NCBI GenBank assembly: GCA_029881275.1
Contig: JAOUMX010000002.1
Coordinates: 1,484 to 65,483, forward strand
DNA: 64,000 nt
Reading direction: 5' to 3'
From: Gammaproteobacteria bacterium
Lineage (GTDB): Bacteria; Pseudomonadota; Gammaproteobacteria; SZUA-229
This document shows, one piece after another, positions 19,489-29,458 of the stretch (positions are counted from its first letter, which is position 1; each line of letters opens with the position of its first letter). The notes under the pieces were generated by a model. That model made no database searches. It saw only the letters and a list, made by a program, of their open reading frames with translations, and was not told the origin of the DNA. A program made the position numbers and the translations under genes.

Positions 19489-20324
19489 TGAAAATACTGA
19501 ATTACATTATATTACTATTTCTTCTTGGCTCTTCGGCGCTGGCCGATACCCGTTTCGATGAACTTTTTGACCTCCATTCTGACAACGCCTCTGCCACCGC
19601 AGACAGCATTACCCGCTTTCATGCAGAAAATATTAATCTTTCTTTTACTGAAAAGCTTACGCAACTAAATGCCTTATCACAGAATATTGACGCATTTATC
19701 AAAGTGAGCCCGGGAAATCCATTACTCTGGTTTATGAAAGGCCTGAATTACAGCAATCTGGCATCTGTTTACAATGCACAACATGATGTTCAACAGGCCG
19801 ATCTTTTTATAACCCAGAAAAATCAGGCTTATGCAAAAGCCATTGAGCTGGACACTAAAAATAACATGCTCACTGCTGCTATTTACGCCACTATGAAACA
19901 CGGTTTACCGGAAGATCTTAAAATCATAGCCATTCAAAAAGAGTTAACTCTCGGTGGCAATGGTGAAAACGAATCCGATTACTGGTTTTTACACTGGAGC
20001 AATATTAATGCACTACAACAGGCTGGCAGACTGGAAGAAGCACAACAGGCACTGACTAATATGAAAGCTGAAATGTTAAAACAGGACATTAGCAATCCCG
20101 ACTACGAAAAACTCACAGTGCAGATAGAACAAAGTTTCAATCAACCCACTCTTCAAATAAACAATCAAAAAACAACTCTCAAAGAAAGCTCTTCAAAACA
20201 GCAAGATTCTAAACCTGACATCGTTTCCGTCGAAGATTTTACCTGGCTATTAATTGGCCTGGTTATTATCGCACTGATACTGGCATGGAAATATGAAGTA
20301 CTGATCTTTAAAAAGAAGCGCTAA
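19488..20324 (+). CDS. exported protein with a C-terminal TM anchor, translationally coupled to the upstream M15-domain protein
   Basis: TAATG overlap, signal peptide, helical repeats, C-terminal hydrophobic anchor plus KKKR. Confidence 0.5.
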   Translation: MKILNYIILLFLLGSSALADTRFDELFDLHSDNASATADSITRFHAENINLSFTEKLTQLNALSQNIDAFIKVSPGNPLLWFMKGLNYSNLASVYNAQHDVQQADLFITQKNQAYAKAIELDTKNNMLTAAIYATMKHGLPEDLKIIAIQKELTLGGNGENESDYWFLHWSNINALQQAGRLEEAQQALTNMKAEMLKQDISNPDYEKLTVQIEQSFNQPTLQINNQKTTLKESSSKQQDSKPDIVSVEDFTWLLIGLVIIALILAWKYEVLIFKKKR

Positions 20325-22318
20325 TCTTCAGCAATTGACTTCACTAATCGCAAATTACCGTATTGCTCGACTGCGCAATACCAGCCTGATGCCACATAAG
20401 TGGTTGAGATTGTTTCCACTATTAATGCCGGCCCAATAATCTGCTGGCCCGCCCCCATCAGGTCACGCTGAAAAACCGGCACATCATTATCAACTCCCAC
20501 TAATTGCACATAACCCTGCCTTCCCTGCTCATTACTTAAGAATGACGGACATTCGGGTAACTCGAATCTTGATGCCTTGCCTCGCACACTGACTCTTAAT
20601 GTAACCAGTTCTACCGCTATATTCAGTGCATGACCATAACGTTGTTCATGCAGTTGATGGAAAGCCTGCTGAATATCATCCAGTGTCTGCCAGGGTATGT
20701 TCAGGGTAAAACTCTGTCCCTGATATCGACAATCCACTGAATAGAGACACTCTGGCACCTGACCAGCCAGTTCATCACCCATCTCGGTTATCGCCTGCTG
20801 TTTCAACTCATCCAGGCTGGCCTGTAGATCGTGATAATTTGCATACATAGATAACTGTGTACAGGTACGCGACATTTCTCTCGCAGGCACGGCAACCAGC
20901 ATACCCAGCGCAGACAACACACCCGCCTGTACTGGCACCAGTGCTGATGTCATTTGCAAAGCATCGGCAAGCGCACAGACATGCAGGCCACCCGCACCAC
21001 CGAATGATACCAGGGTAAATTCCCGTGGATCCGCACCCCGTTGCACCGACATCACCTGTAGCGCGCGCACCATATGTTCATTAGCCACTTGCACAATACC
21101 GGCAGCGGTTTGCTCAATACTTAACTGAATTTTTTCAGCCAGAGGCTTGATCGCCTGTTGAGCAGCCGCCAGATCCAGTTGCATACCGCCGCCCAGAAAG
21201 GCATCTGCCCTTAGCCGACCGAGTACCAGATTCGCATCAGTCACTGTTGGTAACTGACCTCCCCGACCATAGCAGGCAGGCCCGGGATCAGCTCCGGCAG
21301 ATTCTGGCCCGACCAGTAAAAGCCCACCGGCATCGACCCGGGCAATGGAACCACCACCGGCACCGATGGTATGCATATCAACCATCGGCACGGCAACCGG
21401 ATAATCGCCGATATGACCTTCAGAGGTCAGTACAATAGCATCATCAATCAGCGCTACATCGGTTGAAGTCCCCCCCATATCAAAGGTCAGTAATTGCTTA
21501 TGACCACCCAGACCTGCGACAAACTGCGCTCCCTTCAGGCCACCGGCGGGACCGGATAAGAGCAAATGAACCGCATGCTGGCCCGCCTGCTGCGCACCGA
21601 TAGTACCGCCAGCACTTTGCATCACCGCAATAGAATCGGCATGGGCATGCTGCTCAAGTCGTTGCAGGTAACCCTGCATCAAAGGACCAACATAGGCATT
21701 CAGCACCGTCGCCATACCCCGTTCATATTCTTTATATTCGGCCAGGATTTTTGACGATCGACTAACGTAAATATCACCCGGCAGCGCAGCTTCGATCTGC
21801 TTTTCCTGACCATCATCAAGAAATGAAAATAACAGATTAATGGCGATGGCCTGCGGTGTATTATTCTGTAGTTGTTTAATCAGGCAGCTCAACTCCGCAT
21901 CCGTTAGCGGTTTCAATAATTCACCCTGCGCAGACAGACGGGTATCCAGTTGATAACAATCAGCAGGATCCACCAACGGTTCAGGCGGCACCGGTTGTAA
22001 ATTATAAAGTTCACGCCGTGCCTGACGACCAATCTGTAATATATCGGCAAAGCCCTGATTGGTAATATAAGCCGTTCGCACACCTTTACCTTCCAGCACG
22101 GCATTAGTGGCAACGGTGGAGCCATGAATTAACTGAAACTGCTTATTCTCCAGCCCCAGCTCTTTAATCCCCTGCAATATAGCTTGTTCCGGCGCTGCTG
22201 GTGTCGATAACACTTTATGCACGCGCACACAGATACCGTCAAATAAAACAAAATCGGTAAAAGTCCCACCGGTATCAACACCCAAATAGATTGAACTGGT
22301 TAATTTTTCAATGGTCAT
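20321..22318 (-). CDS. hydantoinase A / N-methylhydantoinase A / oxoprolinase family protein
   Basis: 665 aa; N-terminal LGVDTGGTFTDFVL and ASKHA-fold ATPase motifs. No HyuB partner is adjacent. Confidence 0.8.
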   Translation of the reverse strand: MTIEKLTSSIYLGVDTGGTFTDFVLFDGICVRVHKVLSTPAAPEQAILQGIKELGLENKQFQLIHGSTVATNAVLEGKGVRTAYITNQGFADILQIGRQARRELYNLQPVPPEPLVDPADCYQLDTRLSAQGELLKPLTDAELSCLIKQLQNNTPQAIAINLLFSFLDDGQEKQIEAALPGDIYVSRSSKILAEYKEYERGMATVLNAYVGPLMQGYLQRLEQHAHADSIAVMQSAGGTIGAQQAGQHAVHLLLSGPAGGLKGAQFVAGLGGHKQLLTFDMGGTSTDVALIDDAIVLTSEGHIGDYPVAVPMVDMHTIGAGGGSIARVDAGGLLLVGPESAGADPGPACYGRGGQLPTVTDANLVLGRLRADAFLGGGMQLDLAAAQQAIKPLAEKIQLSIEQTAAGIVQVANEHMVRALQVMSVQRGADPREFTLVSFGGAGGLHVCALADALQMTSALVPVQAGVLSALGMLVAVPAREMSRTCTQLSMYANYHDLQASLDELKQQAITEMGDELAGQVPECLYSVDCRYQGQSFTLNIPWQTLDDIQQAFHQLHEQRYGHALNIAVELVTLRVSVRGKASRFELPECPSFLSNEQGRQGYVQLVGVDNDVPVFQRDLMGAGQQIIGPALIVETISTTYVASGWYCAVEQYGNLRLVKSIAED

Positions 22319-22420
22319 TAATGCAGACTAAATTATTAAACCGAATAAACAGTCTGCCTAGTATAAAGTAAAACAACAAGCACTTGCCTATTCCGTTCAG
22401 CATGCATACTATTTCGCACT

Positions 22421-23365
22421 ATGTCAGAAACACTCATTAAGATAGAAAACCTGCATCGTTATTATGCAGACACGCACGCGGTTAAAGGCATCAGTTTTGA
22501 ACTGCATCAGGGGCAGGTATTAGGTTTTCTTGGTCCCAATGGGGCAGGGAAATCAACCAGTATGCAAATGATCAGCGGCGTACTTGCACCCAGTGGCGGA
22601 CGAATTTTGATCAACGGCATTGATCTACTCGACAACCCCAGGGAAGCAAAAAATCAGCTGGGTTACTTACCGGAAAAACCACCCGTCTACCCCGAACTGA
22701 CAGTTGATGAATATTTAACTTACAGTGCACGCCTGCGCAACATTGCCAGCCAAAAACTAAACACCGCAATTGAAGATGCCAAACAACGTTGCGGATTAAC
22801 ACAGGTAAACCGTCGCCTGATTGGCAATTTATCCAAAGGCTACCAACAACGCGTGGGTATTGCACAGGCCATTATTCATAATCCGGCGGTTGTTATCCTC
22901 GACGAACCGACCGTCGGCCTGGACCCTATTCAAATTCGAGAAATACGGCAGTTGATTACTGAACTTGGAAAACACCATGGGGTCATTTTATCGACACACA
23001 TATTGCCAGAAGTACAGGCGGTATGCAGCCATGTGCAAATCATTAATCAGGGTCAGCTGGTTTTTAGCGAAAGCATGGAGTCACTCAATCAACACATGCA
23101 ATGCAATCAAATTCTGGTGGCATTTTCCCGCCCTCCGGAAGAACAGCAATTGCTCGCCATTGCCGGCATTAAGCAACTGGATAATCTGCAAAATGGTCGA
23201 TTTCGTTTACACATAGAAAACGGACAATCCATGGCTGAACTGATTGTCAGTGCATCGGTTGCTCAGGACTGGGGACTACTGGAACTGACACCGGAAAAAC
23301 AGACACTGGAACAGATATTTGTTGACCTCACTTCCGGCGACATCAGCAAGGAGCAAGCGGCATGA
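22421..23365 (+). CDS. ABC transporter ATP-binding protein (ABC-2/GldA-like)
   Basis: Walker A GPNGAGKST, the LSKGYQQR signature and a Walker B motif. Confidence 0.85.
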   Translation: MSETLIKIENLHRYYADTHAVKGISFELHQGQVLGFLGPNGAGKSTSMQMISGVLAPSGGRILINGIDLLDNPREAKNQLGYLPEKPPVYPELTVDEYLTYSARLRNIASQKLNTAIEDAKQRCGLTQVNRRLIGNLSKGYQQRVGIAQAIIHNPAVVILDEPTVGLDPIQIREIRQLITELGKHHGVILSTHILPEVQAVCSHVQIINQGQLVFSESMESLNQHMQCNQILVAFSRPPEEQQLLAIAGIKQLDNLQNGRFRLHIENGQSMAELIVSASVAQDWGLLELTPEKQTLEQIFVDLTSGDISKEQAA

Positions 23366-24126
23366 TCTGGCATATTGCCTGGCGCGAATTGCGCAGTCTT
23401 TTTTTATCACCACTGGCATGGACTATTCTTGCGGTAATGCAATTTATTCTGGCCTGGATTTTTTTCGCCCAAATGGAAACCTTCTTTGTACTGCAACCCC
23501 AACTTGCCGTCATTGATGGCGCTCCCGGAGCCACTGATTTAATTGTCGCTCCGCTATTCAGCTCCGCCAGTGTATTGCTACTTATGATTTGCCCACTAAT
23601 GACTATGCGACTGATAGCTGAAGAGCGCCGTAGCGGCACTCTCAATTTATTATTATCATCACCAGTATCAATGACCGAAATCGTTCTCGGTAAATACCTT
23701 GGCATTATTTTGTTTTTATTTATTCTGGTTCTACAAATCAGTTTAATGCCTTTGTCATTACTCATGGGTACAGAAATTGACATGGGCAAACTGGCCGCTG
23801 GCATACTGGGCCAAATGTTATTACTGGCATCTTTTGCAGCAGCCGGATTGTATCTGTCATCACTCACAACCAACCCGGTTATAGCTGCTATCAGTACTTT
23901 TGGCCTGTTGATTATGCTATGGATTATTGATGCTGCTGCTAATTCAGGTGCAAATGCAGGCAATCAAAGCAGCGAATTTTTCAATTACATGTCATTGATC
24001 CAGCATAACACGCCTATGCTACGAGGCATTATCAATAGTAGCGATCTGGCCTACTTTGTATTATTTATTATTACGTTTATTTCACTCAGTATTCGCCAGC
24101 TGGATTCACAAAGGTTACAGAAATAA
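23362..24126 (+). CDS. ABC-2 family permease (GldF-like)
   Basis: Six TM helices, coupled to the upstream ATPase. Confidence 0.75.
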   Translation: MIWHIAWRELRSLFLSPLAWTILAVMQFILAWIFFAQMETFFVLQPQLAVIDGAPGATDLIVAPLFSSASVLLLMICPLMTMRLIAEERRSGTLNLLLSSPVSMTEIVLGKYLGIILFLFILVLQISLMPLSLLMGTEIDMGKLAAGILGQMLLLASFAAAGLYLSSLTTNPVIAAISTFGLLIMLWIIDAAANSGANAGNQSSEFFNYMSLIQHNTPMLRGIINSSDLAYFVLFIITFISLSIRQLDSQRLQK

Positions 24127-24127
24127 A

Positions 24128-25486
24128 ATGGAAGTCACCTCAAGTTCTCGACTGCAACACCGTATTCAGTTCATTATTTTTATTACTTTATTTACAACCT
24201 GTATTGGCCTGCTGGCATGGTTAAGTACAGAATATACTTTTCGTAGTGACTGGACTGCAGGTAAACGCAATTCTCTCTCAGAGGACACAGTCAAATTACT
24301 CCAGCAACTAGATGGCCAAATTACGATTCGCACTTATCAGAGCGACAATCCCACCACTCATCAGGCCGTAAAAGAGATACTGGAGCGTTATCAAACTCAT
24401 ACCAAGAATTTAACATTCAAACTGGTAAATCCCGACCTGGAAATTGATCTAGCGAAAGCTGATGGCATTAACAGTTACGGTCAGACAATCATTAAATATA
24501 ACAACCGCCAGGAATCACTGGATTCACTCAACGAACAAAATATTACCAATGCTCTTATTCGCCTAAGCCGTACTTCTCAACCTGTAATTACTTTTATCCA
24601 GGGACACAATGAACGTAATCCGGATGATGCCGCCAATACAGGTTACAGCACTTTTAAAAAGCAGTTAATGGATAAAGGATTAAATATAGACAGCATTAAC
24701 CTTCTGGAAACACCATTATCAACTGACATTAAAACATTGGTCTTAGCGGCACCTAATCACAAACTACTTGCCGGCGAAGTGGAACAGATTATTAACTATA
24801 TCAATCAGGGCGGTAATTTCCTCTGGCTACAGGACCCTGGCGATTTACACAATCTTGAACCACTTGAAAAATTACTCGGCATAGAATTTCTAAACGGCAT
24901 TCTTGTTGACAACAATCCATCGCTGCGTGAAACACTACGCATACAACATCCGGCAGTAATCCCCATCATCAGTTATGGCCAGCATAAAATAACCGAAGAG
25001 ATGCGTTACAACACCTTATTCCCGATTTCAAATGCTATCGATTTCAACAAGGAATCGCCATGGACCATTACACCATTGCTTATTACCTTGCCCGGCAGCT
25101 GGTCAGAAACAGCCGGCTTTACAATGGATGTTGAGTTTGAGCCGAAAAAAGGTGACATAGAAGGCCCTCACACACCCGGACTTGCGCTGGAACGCAACAC
25201 AGACAATAACCTATCACAACGCATCGTCATTATTGGTGACAGCGATTTTCTTGCAAATACCTATATTGGTGCTGGAGCCAATCTAGCTCTCGGTTTAAAC
25301 ATTTTAAACTGGTTGAATACGGATGACACACTGATTGCCATTCATCCAAAAAGCGCACCAGACCTGACGATTGAACTGAACGACAGTGAAACAGCCATTA
25401 TTGGTCTTGGTTTTCTGGTTATCTTGCCTTTACTATTATCAGGTACAGGTGTTTTTATCTGGCAAAAACGTCGTAAACGCCTATGA
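24128..25486 (+). CDS. GldG-like ABC transporter auxiliary component
   Basis: N- and C-terminal TM helices around a large periplasmic domain, in the GldA/GldF/GldG order. The start is taken at MEVTSS, just after the permease stop. Confidence 0.65.
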   Translation: MEVTSSSRLQHRIQFIIFITLFTTCIGLLAWLSTEYTFRSDWTAGKRNSLSEDTVKLLQQLDGQITIRTYQSDNPTTHQAVKEILERYQTHTKNLTFKLVNPDLEIDLAKADGINSYGQTIIKYNNRQESLDSLNEQNITNALIRLSRTSQPVITFIQGHNERNPDDAANTGYSTFKKQLMDKGLNIDSINLLETPLSTDIKTLVLAAPNHKLLAGEVEQIINYINQGGNFLWLQDPGDLHNLEPLEKLLGIEFLNGILVDNNPSLRETLRIQHPAVIPIISYGQHKITEEMRYNTLFPISNAIDFNKESPWTITPLLITLPGSWSETAGFTMDVEFEPKKGDIEGPHTPGLALERNTDNNLSQRIVIIGDSDFLANTYIGAGANLALGLNILNWLNTDDTLIAIHPKSAPDLTIELNDSETAIIGLGFLVILPLLLSGTGVFIWQKRRKRL

Positions 25487-26337
25487 ACACCCGTGGTTAT
25501 CTAAATATCTTTCTGCTCATCCTGGTTATTTTACTGGTGAGCTTCATTATCTGGAATAATAATGAAACCAGCTATCTGAAACTGAAGATCACAAATCTTG
25601 AAAAAGATGAAATTAATATCATTACCATACCCAGAGAAAAAGGTGACATAATTCTAAAATCAACTACCTCTGGCTGGCTTATGCATAGTCCTTATAAAAT
25701 CCGCGGCCATGAATTTAGAATCAATCAGCTATTAAATCTGACGCAACTCATTGCTGAAAACAGCTACGAAACTGGTGACCTCAACCTTTCACAATTCAAT
25801 CTCGACCCTTCGGATACATCAATCATTTTTAATAAAACCACGCTTGAGTTCGGCACTACAAATCCGGTTAATCTGATGCGTTATATAAAATCAGGAAACA
25901 AACTGTTTTTAGTCAAAGATACTATATACCCATTACTCAGATCACAACCGACCAGTTTTATTTCATTATCTTTATTACCCGAAAACTCCACTATAAAGTC
26001 GATTGCCATACCCGCTTTCACTGTTATCAGGGATGCCGCAAAAAAATGGAAGACCACACCAGAACAAAACACCAATGCCGACACAATACAGAAATTTATT
26101 CAAAACTGGAAAAACTCACAGGCCTTTGGCATACATGCCTACATGGAAAGGAAAAATCTTGGCCATATTAGAGTCGAACTGGATAACGGCTTAATAGAAT
26201 TCGAAATTACAGACAATGACCCATGGTTAATTCTGGCCCGCAAAGATATTGGCATAGAATATCATCTCGACAAATCGCAAATTTCAAATCTGTTAGAGCT
26301 GACGACTCAAACCAAAAAAACTGATCCAGATAACTAA
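25483..26337 (+). CDS. DUF4340-like protein
   Basis: N-terminal TM helix. Its position after the GldG-like gene is typical. Confidence 0.5.
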   Translation: MNTRGYLNIFLLILVILLVSFIIWNNNETSYLKLKITNLEKDEINIITIPREKGDIILKSTTSGWLMHSPYKIRGHEFRINQLLNLTQLIAENSYETGDLNLSQFNLDPSDTSIIFNKTTLEFGTTNPVNLMRYIKSGNKLFLVKDTIYPLLRSQPTSFISLSLLPENSTIKSIAIPAFTVIRDAAKKWKTTPEQNTNADTIQKFIQNWKNSQAFGIHAYMERKNLGHIRVELDNGLIEFEITDNDPWLILARKDIGIEYHLDKSQISNLLELTTQTKKTDPDN

Positions 26338-27152
26338 TGCCTGAACTACCCGAAGTAGAAACAAGCCGACGCGGCATTGAACCTCACATCGTCAATCAAA
26401 CAATAGTACGGGTTATTATTCGCCAAAAACAACTGCGCTGGCCAATACCAGCAAGCCTGATAAAAAATTTACCCGGCGAAAAAATAATTTCCGTTAACCG
26501 ACGAGGAAAATATTTATTACTGGAAACTAGAAAAGGAACACTTATTATACATCTTGGCATGTCCGGTAGCCTGCATATTGTCAATCAAAAATCATCTGCT
26601 GAAAAACACGATCATTTTGACATTGAATTTAGCAATAAAAAAACTCTTCGCTTACGTGACCCACGTCGTTTTGGTTCTGTCCTATGGACAACCAAGGACC
26701 CGCTAACACACAAACTCATTGAAAAGCTAGGTCCCGAACCATTAACAGATGAATTCACAGCAGAATATTTACATCTATTGTCACGCAAACGAAAAGTTGC
26801 TATCAAAACATTTATTATGAACAGCCATATCGTAGTTGGTGTAGGTAATATTTATGCCAATGAAGCCTTGTTCATGGCGGGCATAAATCCCAAACGAATA
26901 GCCAGTCAAATTTCCCTGGTTCGCTATCAATCATTGGTCTCTGCCATTAAATCAATACTACATCAGGCTATCAAACAGGGCGGCACAACATTACGCGACT
27001 TCAGCAGAGAAGACGGAAAGCCCGGGTATTTCCAACAGCAATTAAATATCTATGGCAAAGCAGAACAGCCCTGCCCTAATTGCAATCACCTCATCAAACA
27101 GATACGCCAACAGCAACGATCCAGTTATTATTGCAGTTATTGCCAGAAATAA
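26337..27152 (+). CDS. mutM: formamidopyrimidine-DNA glycosylase
   Basis: MPELPEVET N-terminus and a C-terminal zinc finger (CPNC...CSYCQ). Confidence 0.92.
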   Translation: MPELPEVETSRRGIEPHIVNQTIVRVIIRQKQLRWPIPASLIKNLPGEKIISVNRRGKYLLLETRKGTLIIHLGMSGSLHIVNQKSSAEKHDHFDIEFSNKKTLRLRDPRRFGSVLWTTKDPLTHKLIEKLGPEPLTDEFTAEYLHLLSRKRKVAIKTFIMNSHIVVGVGNIYANEALFMAGINPKRIASQISLVRYQSLVSAIKSILHQAIKQGGTTLRDFSREDGKPGYFQQQLNIYGKAEQPCPNCNHLIKQIRQQQRSSYYCSYCQK

Positions 27153-27232
27153 TTATCGCCTTTGCCAGAAGCACTGAGTTTTAACTTGAATTTATTCTGT
27201 TTTCTAATAGGATAAGATAACCTTTTAAAAGA

Positions 27233-27418
27233 TTGAGCAGCATGAAAAAACGTAATAAACGCAGCCAGATCACAACCAGTAATGTTATCGGCGCGGTAGT
27301 TTTTGCCCTATTAATGACAGCACTCATTGTTTTCGCAATGTACTATGATCCGAACAAACAGTATTCGAACAGTTTTTTTGATGATGTTTCTGAATTTATG
27401 AAATGGAGAAACGAATAA
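27233..27418 (+). CDS. small hypothetical membrane protein (61 aa)
   Basis: Single TM helix. It overlaps the ymdB start by 16 nt. Confidence 0.3.
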   Translation: MSSMKKRNKRSQITTSNVIGAVVFALLMTALIVFAMYYDPNKQYSNSFFDDVSEFMKWRNE

Positions 27419-27933
27419 CCCCCTCCATTGAGGTTATTCAGCAGGACATAACCTGCATGAATGTCGACGCCATCGTCAATGCGGCTAATAATAGCCTGCT
27501 TGGCGGTGGCGGAGTTGATGGTGCCATACATAAAGCAGCAGGCCCTGAATTACTCAAGGCATGTAGACAACTCCACGGCTGTGCAACTGGCCAAGCCAAA
27601 ATCACTCTCGCTTACAAGCTCCCGTCCAGATATATCATACATACTGTCGGCCCAGTCTGGCAGGGCGGCAATCACCATGAAGAAAAACTGTTAGCTGACT
27701 GTTATCGTAACAGTCTACAAATCGCTGCCGATCATCACTTAAAGAGCATTGCCTTTCCTGCTATCAGCTGTGGCGTCTATGGTTTCCCGGTTGAAGAGGC
27801 CGCTAAAATAGCCGTGTCGGTTATTCGAGAATCAGTCAAAAAATATAATTTTGAAAGAATTTATCTGGTTAGCTTCAGCACCAACATGACAACCAGTTTA
27901 CAACGTGCTCTTGATTCCAGTACGCAAACATAA
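27403..27933 (+). CDS. ymdB: macro-domain O-acetyl-ADP-ribose deacetylase
   Basis: [29 protein letters not shown] macro-domain motif. Confidence 0.85.
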   Translation: MEKRITPSIEVIQQDITCMNVDAIVNAANNSLLGGGGVDGAIHKAAGPELLKACRQLHGCATGQAKITLAYKLPSRYIIHTVGPVWQGGNHHEEKLLADCYRNSLQIAADHHLKSIAFPAISCGVYGFPVEEAAKIAVSVIRESVKKYNFERIYLVSFSTNMTTSLQRALDSSTQT

Positions 27934-27970
27934 AAAAGCCCGAATCATATGATTCGGGCTTTTATTTTTC
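27933..27970. terminator. bidirectional rho-independent terminator
   Basis: AGCCCGAATC-ATAT-GATTCGGGCT flanked by A- and T-runs, between convergent ymdB and the peroxiredoxin gene. Confidence 0.8.
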
Positions 27971-27989
27971 AGCTATTTTCAGACTATGA

Positions 27990-28595
27990 TTACAGCTTGT
28001 CTGCTTCTGAAGCCAGGTATGCAGCAACACCATCGGGAGAAGCTTTCATGCCTTTGTCGCCCTGATTCCAGCCAGCAGGACACACTTCACCATGCTCTTC
28101 TGTAAATTGCAGCGCATCAACCATACGGATCATGTCATCGATATTACGACCTAATGGCAGATCATTAACCACCTGATGACGAACCACGCCATTTTTATCA
28201 ATCAGGAATGAACCACGGAAAGCAACCGCACCGTCAGGTGTTTCAACATCATAGGCTTTACAAACACCGTGAGTCATATCAGCCACCAGTGTATAACCAA
28301 CCTGACCGATACCACCTTGATTAATAGGCGTGTTACGCCATGCATTATGCGTAAAATGAGAATCGATAGAAACACCAATCACTTCTACATTACGTTTTTT
28401 GAATTCTTCCAGACGATGATCAAATGCAATCAACTCAGATGGACATACGAAAGTAAAATCCAGTGGATAAAAGAAAACAACTGCATATTTACCTTTTGTA
28501 GCATCTTTAAAATTGTAACTATCAACAATCTCACCGTTACCCAATACGGCAGCGGTTGTGAAATCCGGCGCTTCGCGACCAACTAATACACCCAT
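27990..28595 (-). CDS. 2-Cys peroxiredoxin (AhpC/Prx1 subfamily)
   Basis: FTFVCPSE peroxidatic Cys and EVCPAGW resolving Cys. Confidence 0.9.
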   Translation of the reverse strand: MGVLVGREAPDFTTAAVLGNGEIVDSYNFKDATKGKYAVVFFYPLDFTFVCPSELIAFDHRLEEFKKRNVEVIGVSIDSHFTHNAWRNTPINQGGIGQVGYTLVADMTHGVCKAYDVETPDGAVAFRGSFLIDKNGVVRHQVVNDLPLGRNIDDMIRMVDALQFTEEHGEVCPAGWNQGDKGMKASPDGVAAYLASEADKL

Positions 28596-28722
28596 GACAG
28601 GCTCCTTTAAATATTTAACATAGAGGGGATTAAAAGAAAGCTATTCTATGCTCCCCCGATACAAGCATCAACAGAACAGATAAAATATAGGCTTTTAGCA
28701 GGATTTCAACCCTAGATAACAC

Positions 28723-29394
28723 ATGGTCATGCTTAATTCCGAATTCTTCGATCAGGATGCCTGTTCTCTCGCCTGTAACTTACTGGGTAAGATCATTAGA
28801 AGAAAGTACAAAAATCAGTGGCTTGCTGCACGCATAATAGAAACAGAAGCCTATTATCTGGAGGATAAGGGCAGCCATGCTTCTTTAGGCATGACCGCCA
28901 GACGAAAGGCACTATTCATGCCCGCGGGGACAATTTATATGTATTACGCCCGTGGCAAGGACTCGCTCAATGTCAGTTGTGCAGGCCAGGGCAATGCTGT
29001 TCTGATTAAATCTGCTTACCCCTATGTTGACCAACTGTCAGGCACCGACAGCCTGGTCTTAATGCAGCAACTTAATCCGAGCGCATCTGGCAAAATCCGC
29101 ACTATAGACCATCTCTGCAAGGGACAGACCCTGCTCTGTCAATCGATGAATCTAAAAGTACACGACTGGGATCAACAACAGTTTGATGCATCCTGTTTTT
29201 ATTTTGAAGATATCAGTTATCAACCCGGACAAATTATCCAGACCACACGACTGGGTATACCTGAAGGCCGCGATGAACATCTGCATTATCGCTTCATTGA
29301 TTATGATTTTGCCCGGCACTGCACTCGCAACCCCTTAACTATCCGCAACTGGAAACAAAATCACCACTATTCCCTGCTCTCACCATCAGTTTAA
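28723..29394 (+). CDS. mpg: DNA-3-methyladenine glycosylase (Mpg/AAG family)
   Basis: LLGKII...ARIIETEAY...GKDSLNVSC pattern of the MPG family. Confidence 0.75.
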   Translation: MVMLNSEFFDQDACSLACNLLGKIIRRKYKNQWLAARIIETEAYYLEDKGSHASLGMTARRKALFMPAGTIYMYYARGKDSLNVSCAGQGNAVLIKSAYPYVDQLSGTDSLVLMQQLNPSASGKIRTIDHLCKGQTLLCQSMNLKVHDWDQQQFDASCFYFEDISYQPGQIIQTTRLGIPEGRDEHLHYRFIDYDFARHCTRNPLTIRNWKQNHHYSLLSPSV

Positions 29395-29403
29395 CAACCC
29401 AAA

Positions 29404-29432
29404 AAAACGCCTCTTAAAAGAGGCGCTTTCAC
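29404..29432. terminator. bidirectional terminator hairpin
   Basis: AAAAAACGCCTCTT-AAAA-GAGGCGCTTT. Confidence 0.6.
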
Positions 29433-29458
29433 CAAGGGCATCAAACGTCCTGCTCTAA

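Noticed and set aside
27990-28595. AhpC-type peroxiredoxin without ahpF as a possible novel redox partner system.
   Set aside because: Stand-alone Prx1/AhpC-type 2-Cys peroxiredoxins reduced by thioredoxin are common. The sequence gives no evidence of a new partner.
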